A stretch of 64,000 nt of DNA from Macrostomum lignano (Eukaryota). Below the pieces are notes generated by a model. It did not search any database. It was not told the DNA's origin and was given only the letters and a program-made list of their open reading frames with translations. Each line of letters begins with the position of its first letter. Position 1 is the first letter of the stretch. Below, piece by piece: positions 37,491 through 52,254 of this stretch. The stretch covers positions 62,001 through 126,000 of the forward strand of contig NIVC01000092.1 in NCBI GenBank assembly GCA_002269645.1, given 5' to 3'. The translations under genes were made by a program, and so were the position numbers.

Positions 37491-37895
37491 GGATTTACTG
37501 CACGGCTTGGGATTTACTGCACAGTCGCGTTATCTATCTATGTCTATGGCTAAAACCAGAAGAATGCTTTGCTCAAAAATCAATGAATCTATCACTAGGT
37601 TCCTTCGTGCGTAAATAGTCTATGGCACGAGTGCGCGCACTCGAAACCTAGAGATAAATCTACCATTGACATATGGCCAAGCATTCTTAAATTGCTGACA
37701 CTATTCATTGTCTATGGCCAAAAAGCAATCCTTCACCAATAACGCGACTGTGCAGTAAATCCCAAGCCGTGCTGTAAATTCCAACCACCGTGCTGTAAAT
37801 TCCAACCACCGTGCTGTAAATTCCAACCACCGTGCTGTAAATTCCAACCACCGTGCTGTAAATTCCAACCACCGTGCTGTAAATTCCCGCACGTA
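37491..37895. mobile_element. Small foldback/MITE-like element with asymmetrically amplified right arm
   Basis: 37493-37532 is the reverse complement of 37740-37779 (1 mismatch in 40 bp). The right arm continues as ~6 units of ccgtgctgtaaattccaacca. Confidence 0.65.
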
Positions 37896-37919
37896 TTCAA
37901 CTTATTAAATTTATTTAAG

Positions 37920-39735
37920 TCTACCTGAGCTACTGGTCTAATTCTACCTGAGCTACTGGTCTAATTCTACCTGAGCTACTGGTCTAATTCTACCTGAGCT
38001 AATGAGCTAATCCTGCCTAAGCTACTGTCTCAGTACCTGAGCTACTGACCCAATTCTACCTGAGCTACTGGTTTAATTCTATCTGAGCTACTGAGAAAAT
38101 TCTACCTGAGCTACTGAACCAATTCTACCTGAGCTAGTGAACCAATTCTACCTGAGCTACTGGTTTAATTCTATCTGAGCTACTGAGAAAATTCTACCTG
38201 AGCTACTGATCCAATTCTACCTGAGCTACTGGTCTAATTCTACCTGAGCTACTGAGAAAATTCTACCTGAGCTACTGACCCAATTCTACATGAGCTACTG
38301 ACCCAATTCTACCTGAGCTAGTGAACCAATTCTACCTGAGCTACTGACCCAATTCTACCTGAGCTACTGACCCAATTCTACCTGAGCTACTGACCCAATT
38401 CTACCTGAGCTAGTGAACCAATTCTACCTGAGCTACTGAACCAATTCTACCTGAGCTACTGACCCAATTCTACCTGAGCTACTGACCCAATTCTACCTGA
38501 GCTAGTGAACCAATTCTACCTGAGCTAGTGAACCAATTCTACCTGAGCTACTGACCCAATTCTACCTGAGCTACTGACCCAATTCTACCTGAGCTACTGA
38601 CCCAATTCTACCTGAGCTAGTGAACCAATTCTACCTGAGCTACTGACCCAATTCTACCTGAGCTAGTGAACCAATTCTACCTGAGCTACTGACCCAATTC
38701 TACCTGAGCTACTGACCCAATTCTACCTGAGCTAGTGAACCAATTCTACCTGAGCTACTGACCCAATTCTACCTGAGCTACTGACCCAATTCTACCTGAG
38801 CTACTGACCCAATTCTACCTGAGCTACTGAACCAATTCTACCTGAGCTAGTGAACCAATTCTACCTGAGCTACTGGTTTAATTCTATCTGAGCTACTGAG
38901 AAAATTCTACCTGAGCTACTGATCCAATTCTACCTGAGCTACTGGTCTAATTCTACCTGAGCTACTGAGAAAATTCTACCTGAGCTACTGACCCAATTCT
39001 ACATGAGCTACTGACCCAATTCTACCTGAGCTAGTGAACCAATTCTACCTGAGCTACTGACCCAATTCTACCTGAGCTACTGACCCAATTCTACCTGAGC
39101 TACTGACCCAATTCTACCTGAGCTAGTGAACCAATTCTACCTGAGCTACTGAACCAATTCTACCTGAGCTACTGACCCAATTCTACCTGAGCTACTGACC
39201 CAATTCTACCTGAGCTAGTGAACCAATTCTACCTGAGCTAGTGAACCAATTCTACCTGAGCTACTGACCCAATTCTACCTGAGCTACTGACCCAATTCTA
39301 CCTGAGCTACTGACCCAATTCTACCTGAGCTAGTGAACCAATTCTACCTGAGCTACTGACCCAATTCTACCTGAGCTAGTGAACCAATTCTACCTGAGCT
39401 ACTGACCCAATTCTACCTGAGCTACTGACCAATTCTACCTGAGCTAGTGAACCAATTCTACCTGAGCTACTGACCCAATTCTACCTGAGCTACTGACCCA
39501 ATTCTACCTGAGCTACTGACCCAATTCTACCTGAGCTACTGACCCAATTCTACCTGAGCTAGTGAACCAATTCTACCTGAGCTACTGACCCAATTCTACC
39601 TGAGCTACTGACCCAATTCTACCTGAGCTACTGACCCAATTCTACCTGAGCTACTGACCCAATTCTACCTGAGCTACTGACCCAATTCTACCTGAGCTAG
39701 TGAACCAATTCTACCTGAGCTACTGAACCAATTCT
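37920..39735. repeat. 23 bp minisatellite (~1.8 kb)
   Basis: Unit ctacctgagctactgacccaatt, with agtgaa variants. Confidence 0.95.
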
Positions 39736-39857
39736 ATCAGCCGAGGTACCGAAATTTAGGACTGAAACTTGCATGTTCGCAGGCAAAAATATTTTCCATT
39801 GCTGTTGTCACTTAATTAAAATAAATTATAAAGCCCTCTTATCCCTCTTATAGTCCA

Positions 39858-40000
39858 TGCGTGCGGTAAATTCCAATCTATCTATGTCTATGGCTAAAAC
39901 CAGAAGAATGCTTTGCCCATAAATCAATGAATCTATCACTAGGTTCCTTCGTGCGTGAATAGTCTATGGCACTCGAAACCTAGAGATAAATCTACCATTG
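39858..40000. repeat. Second, partial copy of the 37.5 kb element
   Basis: 39876-40000 matches 37532-37668 apart from a 12 bp indel and a few substitutions. Confidence 0.85.
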
Positions 40001-41015
40001 CCAGTAGGCTTTGTCTATGTGACAATGGATAAACAATCAGCGGTCCCAGTGCGTGACATCGTTGTCACGTGCTGCGACCGCTGATTCCTTGCATTGTTTT
40101 TTCTGTTTGACGATCCTACAAACAGTGCATTCTGCATAAAATGTGCGAACAACGATCGTCAAATTGCTAAACAATGCCTCAGCGCTGCAGAAATGCATGA
40201 TGGCAATAAAATGAAGTTGTCAACAAAGACAGCACAAAGTACTTTAAAAGTAATTTAAGATTGTGAGAAACCTTTCCTTTTCTTCCACTTCCGAGGTCTG
40301 ATTGCAAAGCGGGTTTCGACTGAGAACTTTCATCCCTGCTTCTTTTGACACCAAAGCTATATCAAAGTTTTAAGCCAGCTCTGAGCTATAAGAGTTTATT
40401 CATCGACACCTACCACTGCTTGTCGGGTAACATTTTTGAGCTGTGTGTGGCCAAATCGGGTATTGCCACAGGCAAATTCAGCCAAAATCTGAACGATTGT
40501 CCTTGCATAAACTTTGCTCTCTATAGTCTAGAGATATCGATCGGTAGTAAAAAAACCCAGCCAAAAAGACACCTTTGAACATCAGCTGTTCACAACTTAA
40601 ACTTTTAAAAAATCTTTTCATCTGGTACACAATATAATTAGAAGCATGCTTATAATTAGATAGTTGTCCATGCCTCATGCTGTCCTACAACAGGCATTCA
40701 GCATCAGAGAGTCGTATTCAAGCCCACTATACAAGCTTGGCAAACAAACTGAAGGTTAAGTATATGAAAAGCACAAAAAGGACAGACGTCAGCGCCTCTT
40801 TGGAGCTGGGAAGTTAATTAATCGATTACTAATACTCTCGTATCAAAAGTAAGTGTCAGTGAGTGTTGAAACACAGTTCGTTTTCGCAAACTGAAAAAAT
40901 AAAATAAACAAAGGATTAGACATTTGTTTTAAAGCAGTTTTCAAGTACGGAATACGGTGGGTATACGTGTACATATGGCACATCGATAGCAGTTCCTGGA
41001 GTTGGCCGATTCCGG

Positions 41016-41472
41016 TCAGTTCTCAGCCAGCCGTCGCCACATTAGCCGGTACCACTGGTCGCCGCTGTCGCTGTCCCCGCCGTACAGCTGCTGCCGTCCG
41101 AAGCCGTGATTTTGCTGCGGCTCATACTCGTGCACCGAGTTGCTGGTCATGTCGAATCGGACGCCGCGTCGTGGCCCGGCAGACTGGCTGCGAGTAAGCC
41201 GACTTCTGGGACCCGGATGTGACTGCTTCTGCAGCTGCTGCAGCTGCTGTGGTGGCTGAACCACAGGAGTGGCTGCCGCAGGACCACCGTTGCCGTTGCT
41301 TGTAGATTTATCAGCTGCGGCGGGTTCTTCATCGGTGGATGCTGGCGTGGCTGCTGCTTTCAGCTGCATCTGCTGCTGCTGTTGCTGCTGTTGCTGCTGG
41401 AGGAGCGCGACTCTCTGAGAGCCGCCAGCTGTGTGAGGCCGCTGTGCTGAGGTTGCGGATACACGAAGCTGC

Positions 41473-41510
<38 letters not shown>

Positions 41511-41748
41511 AGGCTGCTTCGGAGCCATGGGAGGCTTCTTTAGTATCGACTTGATTGGATAGATCTCGGTGGTGCAGCTGCCTTCGGTCACTGAGACCAG
41601 CGGCTTGTCTGGTGTGACCTGGACAACAGTGGATGCCGCTGTTGCTGCTGTTGAGTTTGTTGTTACTGTTGTGGCTTCCGACGAAGCCTGAGAATAGGAT
41701 GGAGGCGGTTTGGATCGGGGCGATGGAGGAGGTAGTGATGTAGAAGAT

Positions 41749-41799
<51 letters not shown>

Positions 41800-43118
41800 G
41801 GTCGTTGCTCCTGCGGTTGCTGTTGTGGTTGCTGCTGCGGCTGCGTCTGCTTTTGTAGAGTTGGTTGCTGTTGTTGTTGCTGAGTCTGCTTTTGTAGAGT
41901 TGGTTGTTGTTGTTGTTGTTGCTGCTGCTCTTGAAGTCTGTTAAGAAAGTTCATATAGGAAAAGCTGGTTACGTTGCCACTGGTGCTGGTTGCCGAGTGG
42001 GCAAAACTGAGGGCCGGAGTTGGCTGCGGCGGCGCCTGCGGCTGAGGCTGCTGCGGTTGAGAAGTGGAAGTTGGAACCACTTGCTTTGGCGTGTTCGCTG
42101 CCAGACCAGATCGCGATACCATTGACAACGGTTGCTGCTGTTGCTGCGGCTGCTGCTGCTGCTGCTGCTGAGGCTGACGGGCAACCGAGTTTGCCTGTCC
42201 AGCTGTTATTGTTGTCGCTGTCGGCGTCACCATCGTGGTCGAGGCTGTTGCTACCGCCGGCTTAGCCGTTGTTGCTGTTGTCGTTGTTGTCGGCATTTCA
42301 GTGACCGCAGGTGCCGTCTGGCCGCCACCCTTGTCGCCCGACTCGGCGGCCGTCTTTGCCAGAGTTGTCTCCGTAGCCGCCGGCTTCAGCCCGATCGTTG
42401 GCGCCTCGACCCCGGCGCTCGGCAAGGCAGACGACGACGAAACGGAAGCCGCGGCGGCGGTAGGACGGTTAAGCCTACGACCGGTGCTCACAGTGTGGTG
42501 ATTGTGCTGCGGCTGGGCCCCTGCATCCGGTCCGTTGGGAGCCGCCGCTGCGGCCGCCGCTGCGATGCTCGCCGTAGTCAGAGGCGTGGCCGCTCGTCCG
42601 CGCAGAGCCGACGGCGGCAGGTAGCCTCCCTGGCCGGCTGGCGGCTCTGGCGTCGGCGAACGGTGACGGCCCGCAACTCCGCCATAGCCGCCCCGAGCAC
42701 TCCGGGCACGTCGGCGGCCTCCGGCGGCGCTGAAAACCGCGCTACTGGCCCGGGTTGTGCCGAGCGGTCGCTGCTGCTGGTGCGGCTGCTGTTGCTGCTG
42801 GTGCGGGTAGCGCAGCTGCTGGTGCATGCTGCGGTAGATTCCATAACCACTGGCTGGCCGGTAGCTCGACTGGTACTGAAGGCCGTCCGAGTTTGCCGCC
42901 ACCGGCGCCGATGAAGTGGAGTTTTGCGGTTTAACGGCGTAGCTACCGTCGCGAAAGACGGCCAAGCTGAGCCAGGGGTGCGGCGACGCCTGGCGGGCTT
43001 CGATTTTTGCTTTCCAAGCGTTGTACCAGTGAGAGCCAGCGCCTGCGAGCTGCTGCTGCTGCTGCTGCGGCTGTTGCTGGGACTGCTGCTGCTGCTGGTG
43101 CTGCTGGTGATTGTACAT
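41016..43118 (-). CDS. 700 aa Gln/Ala/Thr/Pro-rich disordered protein with SILK and RVxF motifs
   Basis: Single 2.1 kb ORF starting at ATG, with an acceptor-like ttctag 11 nt upstream. CAG/CAA tracts are in frame. KSILKK at 41535-41552, RRGVRF at 41154-41171. Confidence 0.8.
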
Positions 43119-44459
43119 GTCTGCTGTGTCTAGAAGTTACCTCGGTATATTGTCGCACAAGTAAGTTAGTTGATCAGTCGGTTGCTACAGACGCTTTGCC
43201 ATTGTGTTCCTTGGCGACCCGCAGTCTTCCAGTCTCGGATTGACGGCAGTCGAGAGTTCTCTCTTATTCGAGGCCAGCTTCTGCCTGCCTGACCCGAGGA
43301 GCGGACGGACGCTGGTTCGAGTCAGGTGTTAAATCGATTCGATAGAATCCGATAGATAAGCCAAGCTAGAATATGCAGCTCTGTTTTTTGGCTGTGTTGC
43401 TAGGGCAGAGTCCTCTGGCGTGTCTCTCTTTCTCCTGCCCTCCCCCGACCAAAGCGGGTATTGTTAGAGGAGGTTGGCAAGCAGCTTCGCTCAAAGTTTT
43501 GGTGTCAGTGTCTCAGCGTTTGCAGAGATGCAGGCGCTGTATAGTTTAGCAAAATAAGAAGCTTATATCAGCCTGAGCAGCAGCACAGCGGCAGGGCTCG
43601 ACTAGAAAATGAGACGCGAATTTCTTTCTCTTAATTTCTCTTCTCTCGAGCTGCTGATATAGTGGCGCTGGACCCGCGGCCTTGTCTTACCCAGCGTTTC
43701 TGTCTTCTATTGTGCTGCTGCCACAGTCGCCCCCCAGAGCTGCACTCGTCGGGCACTTTCGGCGCATTGATGAAGCTCGCCGGAGACGGGGCTGGGTTGG
43801 AAGAGAGAGTAAACGGAAAGAGAAGGTTAGATAGGCGGCCTACTTAGAGTCTTGCAATGCCTCGAGTACAGTGAGCTGGGCCTGAGCCCTTGCTGGACTC
43901 CGCTCCGTCAGAGATAGGGGCGCTCTGGGCGCTAGGGAGAGACAGCAGGTTAGAAGTTGTGGAAGCTCCTTTCGCAGCTTTCCTTTTTCGGCTGCTGCGC
44001 ACAGTCCAAACTTTGAGTATAGTGCTGGAGTTTCATACTTGTGTGCGCGCTCAAGCAATCAAGCAAGCAAATTTTTATTTAATCAGACATTAAGCTCGTA
44101 AACTGTTGGCCAACACGAACAGAACCTTTGGGGCAGGACTTCTTCTTTTCGGGTATACATTATACTTCAGGGCCCCTCTCTCTTTTATTGTGCGTATCTC
44201 AACGCTTTATACGGCCCGCTGCACTGCTGGCCACTTTAAAGCAGCAACAGCTTTTTTCTGCTCCTAGTGGCCGGCCGGCCTTTGGCTCAAACTATCTGCA
44301 TTTCGAGCTTTTTCATCCTATAATTATTTTAGCCTTTGAGCGAGTTTGGTGAAGCATGCAGTTATAACTATGCGTATTGCGGTACCGATACCTTCGTTCA
44401 ATGTATGCGGAATTTCAAGAAACCGTTCTTACATATTAATTATCTTTTTATCTGATTTC

Positions 44460-44790
44460 GTGTTTAAGTCACCAATTCGTCCCTTATCTTTGACGGATTC
44501 TCATTGGCTGTTTAAGGCACCAATTCGTCCCTTATCTTTGACGGATTCTCATTGGCTGTTTAAGTCACCAATTCGACCCTTATCTTTGACGGATTCCCAT
44601 TGGCTGTTTAAGGCACCAATTCGTCCCTTATCCTACATGCCTCATTGGCTGTTTAAGGCACCAATTTGTCCCCTATCATTGACGGATTCTCATTGGCTGT
44701 TAAAGGCACCAATTCGTCACTTATCTTTGACGTATTCTCATTGGCAGTTTAAGGCACCAATTTGACCTTTATAATTGACGGCTTCTGATT
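44460..44790. repeat. 48 bp minisatellite (~7 copies)
   Basis: Unit ggctgtttaaggcaccaattcgtcccttatctttgacggattctcatt. Confidence 0.9.
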
Positions 44791-45914
44791 GGCTGGCTGT
44801 CCCTTCTCCCCACAAAATGCTTACAATGCCCCCTTTTTAAGTATAACACATATTATCGTTTAATAAGTAACCAAAACAAAACAAACCAAAACAAAACAAT
44901 TAAAGAATTTTTACTTCAAGAAAACTTCATTTTTAACAAATAGTTAAAATATGATGTAGGTATATTAAATAGTTAAAAAGCAACATTGGAAAAAATATTC
45001 TTTTGAAGCTTTTCATCTGTATTATCTGTCAAAAATGTGCCAAAAATTTACGCAATCAAAACGCTTAAAAAAGTCTACTTGGCATTGCTATCAGATACGA
45101 GCTTTCGAAAGGCCGTTTTTGGTTCAGGAGGCAAAAGTTGAATTTACAGAGGAATAGCAATCATATTTCCCATAAGGGTTAGCTCAAATTAAGATAAAAA
45201 CGGTAGCATCTGTTGCTAATATTTCATATTTGATATGTAGCCCTACAAGTAAACGTGACGCACCTGTGTACAAGATGGTAAATGTTTGGTTATCTCGATG
45301 ACACAAATCTATCATCATAGATGTTTTCAAAATGATGCCGTTGAGGTTGAGCGACATAAAAACGAGCAGGAATGTTGACATTTGCTGTTCTAGAGTAAAA
45401 TGGTGTTTGATAAAAATAGATGCGCCTACATGACTGAGTAGTCATTACTGGTTACTGGTTCGATTCAGAGCACGTCTCAATTCTCAGCCATGAGTGCCAA
45501 GGCACAGAGAATGTACATGCCTGACGATTAGAACATCAGGACCTGATGTACACCCTGTGTGAGCGTGTGTATGAGTGCGTGCAGTTTTGGCGCGCTTTGT
45601 ATGTGCTCAGGAGCACAATATCGCCGAAGGCGTTGCGCCAGGGTGCCTGCAGCTCTCCTACAGACAATAATTAAATTAACCCCATATTAGGCTTGGTCCC
45701 TTCCAGGTTACGTATAAAAGAACACATAGAATTAAAAAGATAAATCAAACAGTTTTTCTATTTAAAAAACTTCTGAAAGCATACGTCGTTCAAAATTCCT
45801 AGAAACAAAGAGTCAAATTCCGATACTTCTGTTGCTCATGGCTCATGGGTTCCCTAAACTCTTGGATATTTTTGTGAGTATCTCTGCAAGCCTCAACAGT
45901 GCAATCAGAAAACT

Positions 45915-49491
<3,577 letters not shown>

Positions 49492-50336
49492 CTCAACAGG
49501 AAGCCAATAGAATTTTATAAATTGTATTTATACGTCTGTAAGGCTTCCTTAAGTCTAGTAAAAGGCTTCCTAATTTTGAAACCCCGCTATTCAGCTATAC
49601 AATTCATAAGCTTGCAAATATAAAGATGATAAATCTTTGAAGTTAAAAAATTAGTTAGCTTCCGCAATACTTGTCAAGAAAAGAATGATACATAAAGATT
49701 TTATTTTAAACTTTTAATTAAAATATATTTTTTACTAAAAAATTTTAGTTAAGGTTTTAACGAAAATATCAATTTCTACTATTTTGTTATGATGGCCTAA
49801 AGCGTCTTAAAACATTGCATGGGCCCTCCAATTCAAAATTATCGTGCAAGTGGTTTATTTATCAGTTATACTGTATGCAGTCTGTCATGTATAAGAATGA
49901 ATTTAAGCGCTGGGTGACTCGCTTTACAAGCTTACTAAAGGGGATAAGGCTTTAAAGATTCGTGAATGATGTAGGAGGCTGCTAGAGCCAGTTAATCTAC
50001 TACTATTATAAACAATATTTACTGAGTAAATCATAAAAAGTATAAGAAAAGGTATATTTTCTACATACGAAGTTTGTGATTTTATTTTAGGCTTGTTTAG
50101 TTAATGAATATTTTTCATTTGACGATAGCGCTCATGGAATTTACTAAAATTTAATTTCCTAATTAAGAATGTTAATAGAGCGTCTGATATATGCAGACTA
50201 AGGCTTTTAGTTTTTAGGCTTTAGCAATGCTTATTGCCATTGTTGTTTTCTTTATATATTTAAGCCTAATATTCTTTTAATTTCACAAAAATGTATAGGT
50301 CTAACTTAAAAAAAACTAAATAAAAACAAAAAATTT

Positions 50337-51945
50337 GGCCTCCTGCTGCCGACGACGCCCGTGACAACCTCACCCGCACCTACTCTTACTCTAATCGCAC
50401 GAGACACTTCGTCGAGGAGACTGTCCTGGAAATCAGGGACGCGGCTGCTAACTTCAGGCACACAGCCGCCTGGAGAGCTATCAATAACCTGACTGGCCGG
50501 AAACCGAGGCAGTGCACTGTCGTCGGTGCCAACTCTGTCGAGGACAGGAAGGCTAAGCTCGTGGAGCACTGCGGCGTGTGCTCAACACCCCTGCTCCAAT
50601 CTCGGCGCTCCTGCCTATGGCTGGCTTCTCCCCTGCTCGTAGTGAGGACTTCAACACCAGTCCTATCACAAACTACGAGGTTCGCACCGCCCTCAAAAGC
50701 ATGAAGCCTGATGCTGCTCCTGGCATCGATGGAGTCTTTCCCAGGGTCCTCAGACTCTCAGAGCTCAATTCGACCATCATTACGCTCTTCAATAAATATT
50801 CCTTTCTTGGAGGCGATGCCGGTGCCAAAGCCCCATCCATCTGGCGCACCTCCAAGATTATCTCAATCCCGAAAAAGTACCCTTTCCACCAGCTTGGACA
50901 ACCAGAGGTATCGCTCTGGAATGTACGCTCCCTACATGTAAGCTCCTCAATTCGATCCTGAGGTACAGTCTGCTGCCGATCATCAACTTCTTCTGCTGGA
51001 CGCTCAGAGTGATTTCCGCCCAGGCAGATCTACCGTCGAACAGATCGCTACCGTCCGCAGCATCATCGAGTCCTGCGTGACGCGGCAGAAGTCGGTGACC
51101 CTTGTGTTCATTGAATTCCGCAAAGCCTTCGACTCGAGACGATGGCTTCGTTGTCGTTTGGCGCCGCAGCTCGCGCTACCGTGAGATCACGCTGGCTGCC
51201 CTCGCTTTTGCCGACGACATTGCCCTGGTGTGCAGAGACCCTTCGGCCGCTCAATCACGTCTCAACAGGATCTGTGAGGAAGGCGCCAGAGTCGGCCCCG
51301 AAGTGAACGCTCGCAAGACCGAGGTGTTCCACGTCGGCATCAGGGACCCACCTGCTCTCACCCTCCCAAACGGCGAAGAAATCTCTTCCTGCTCGGACTT
51401 CCGCTACCTCGGCTCGCTTGTGGTCTCTCTGGACGACATCGTCACCGTCCGTCGCGCGCAAGCCTGGAGAGCTGCTCGGCAACTGAGCCCCATCTTTAGT
51501 TCGCCCGTGCCTGACCAAATCGAAATCAGGATTTTCCGAGCTGCCGTGGAGCCGAAATTCCTTTACGGTCTCGAAGCTCTGCCGGACACGTAATCTCGCA
51601 ATCAGGCTTTCGACACCACCTTCAGAGCTTTGCTGCGGTTTGCTCTCGACCTCCGCTACCCTGAAAGGCTGTCGAATCGCGCGCTCGCTGCTCGCTCCGG
51701 CGTCCCTCCAGTGAGCTCCATCCTTAGAGCGCGGAAATGATCCCACTTGCAGTCGTCGTGCTCAATCCGCCATGCGACCCATATCGTCGCGGACATGCGC
51801 GCACTGAGACGCTTCTAAAGGCCTTTTCTAGTGACCTTCAGGCTATCCACCTCACCCCGCTTGAGGCCACTTCCTGTCCCTCTGAGTGTGAGCGCTAAGA
51901 GTCTTTGACTCTTCAGTGTCTTTCTATCTATCTATCTATCTATAG
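50337..51945 (+). mobile_element. 5'-truncated, decayed non-LTR retrotransposon (RTE-like RT)
   Basis: Fragments ALKSMKPDAAPGIDG, KIISIPKK, FRPGRSTVEQI, VFIEFRKAF, AFADDIAL, FRYLGS, FLYGLEAL. Frameshifts and an internal deletion are present. 3' tail (CTAT)n at 51924-51943. Confidence 0.85.
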
Positions 51946-52254
51946 CATAAACTTTATTTTCAAATCATTTAGTAATTTTAGTTAGTCAAGTCAAAGGAAA
52001 TACACTTAGTAAAAAATGTAATGGGTTCCCCATCAGTCAAAGTCAGTAATATAGTGTCAGTCATTGGCAACTGTGGCCAATAATTAAGTCAATGTGAATC
52101 TCCGTTGGAGCTGAGGCTTGCACTAGATAATGGCAGAAATGCCTGGTTTGAGAGAAAAGTTCGAGAGGAGGAAGAAGTCATTCAGATGATGATCACTTAG
52201 CTAAGACTGTAGGCAAAGCCTCATGATCTTTATCTGAGAGAGCAACTCCTTACT

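Noticed and set aside
42132-42914. 260 aa plus-strand ORF and similar antisense ORFs over GC-rich exons (4715-5198, 35450-35857, 59772-60146)
   Set aside because: These are shadow frames of GC-rich coding sequence, with no motifs or splice support.
45385-45665. ~270 bp segment present only in duplication copy A as a MITE
   Set aside because: Only a weak 8/11 inverted match at the ends and no TSD.
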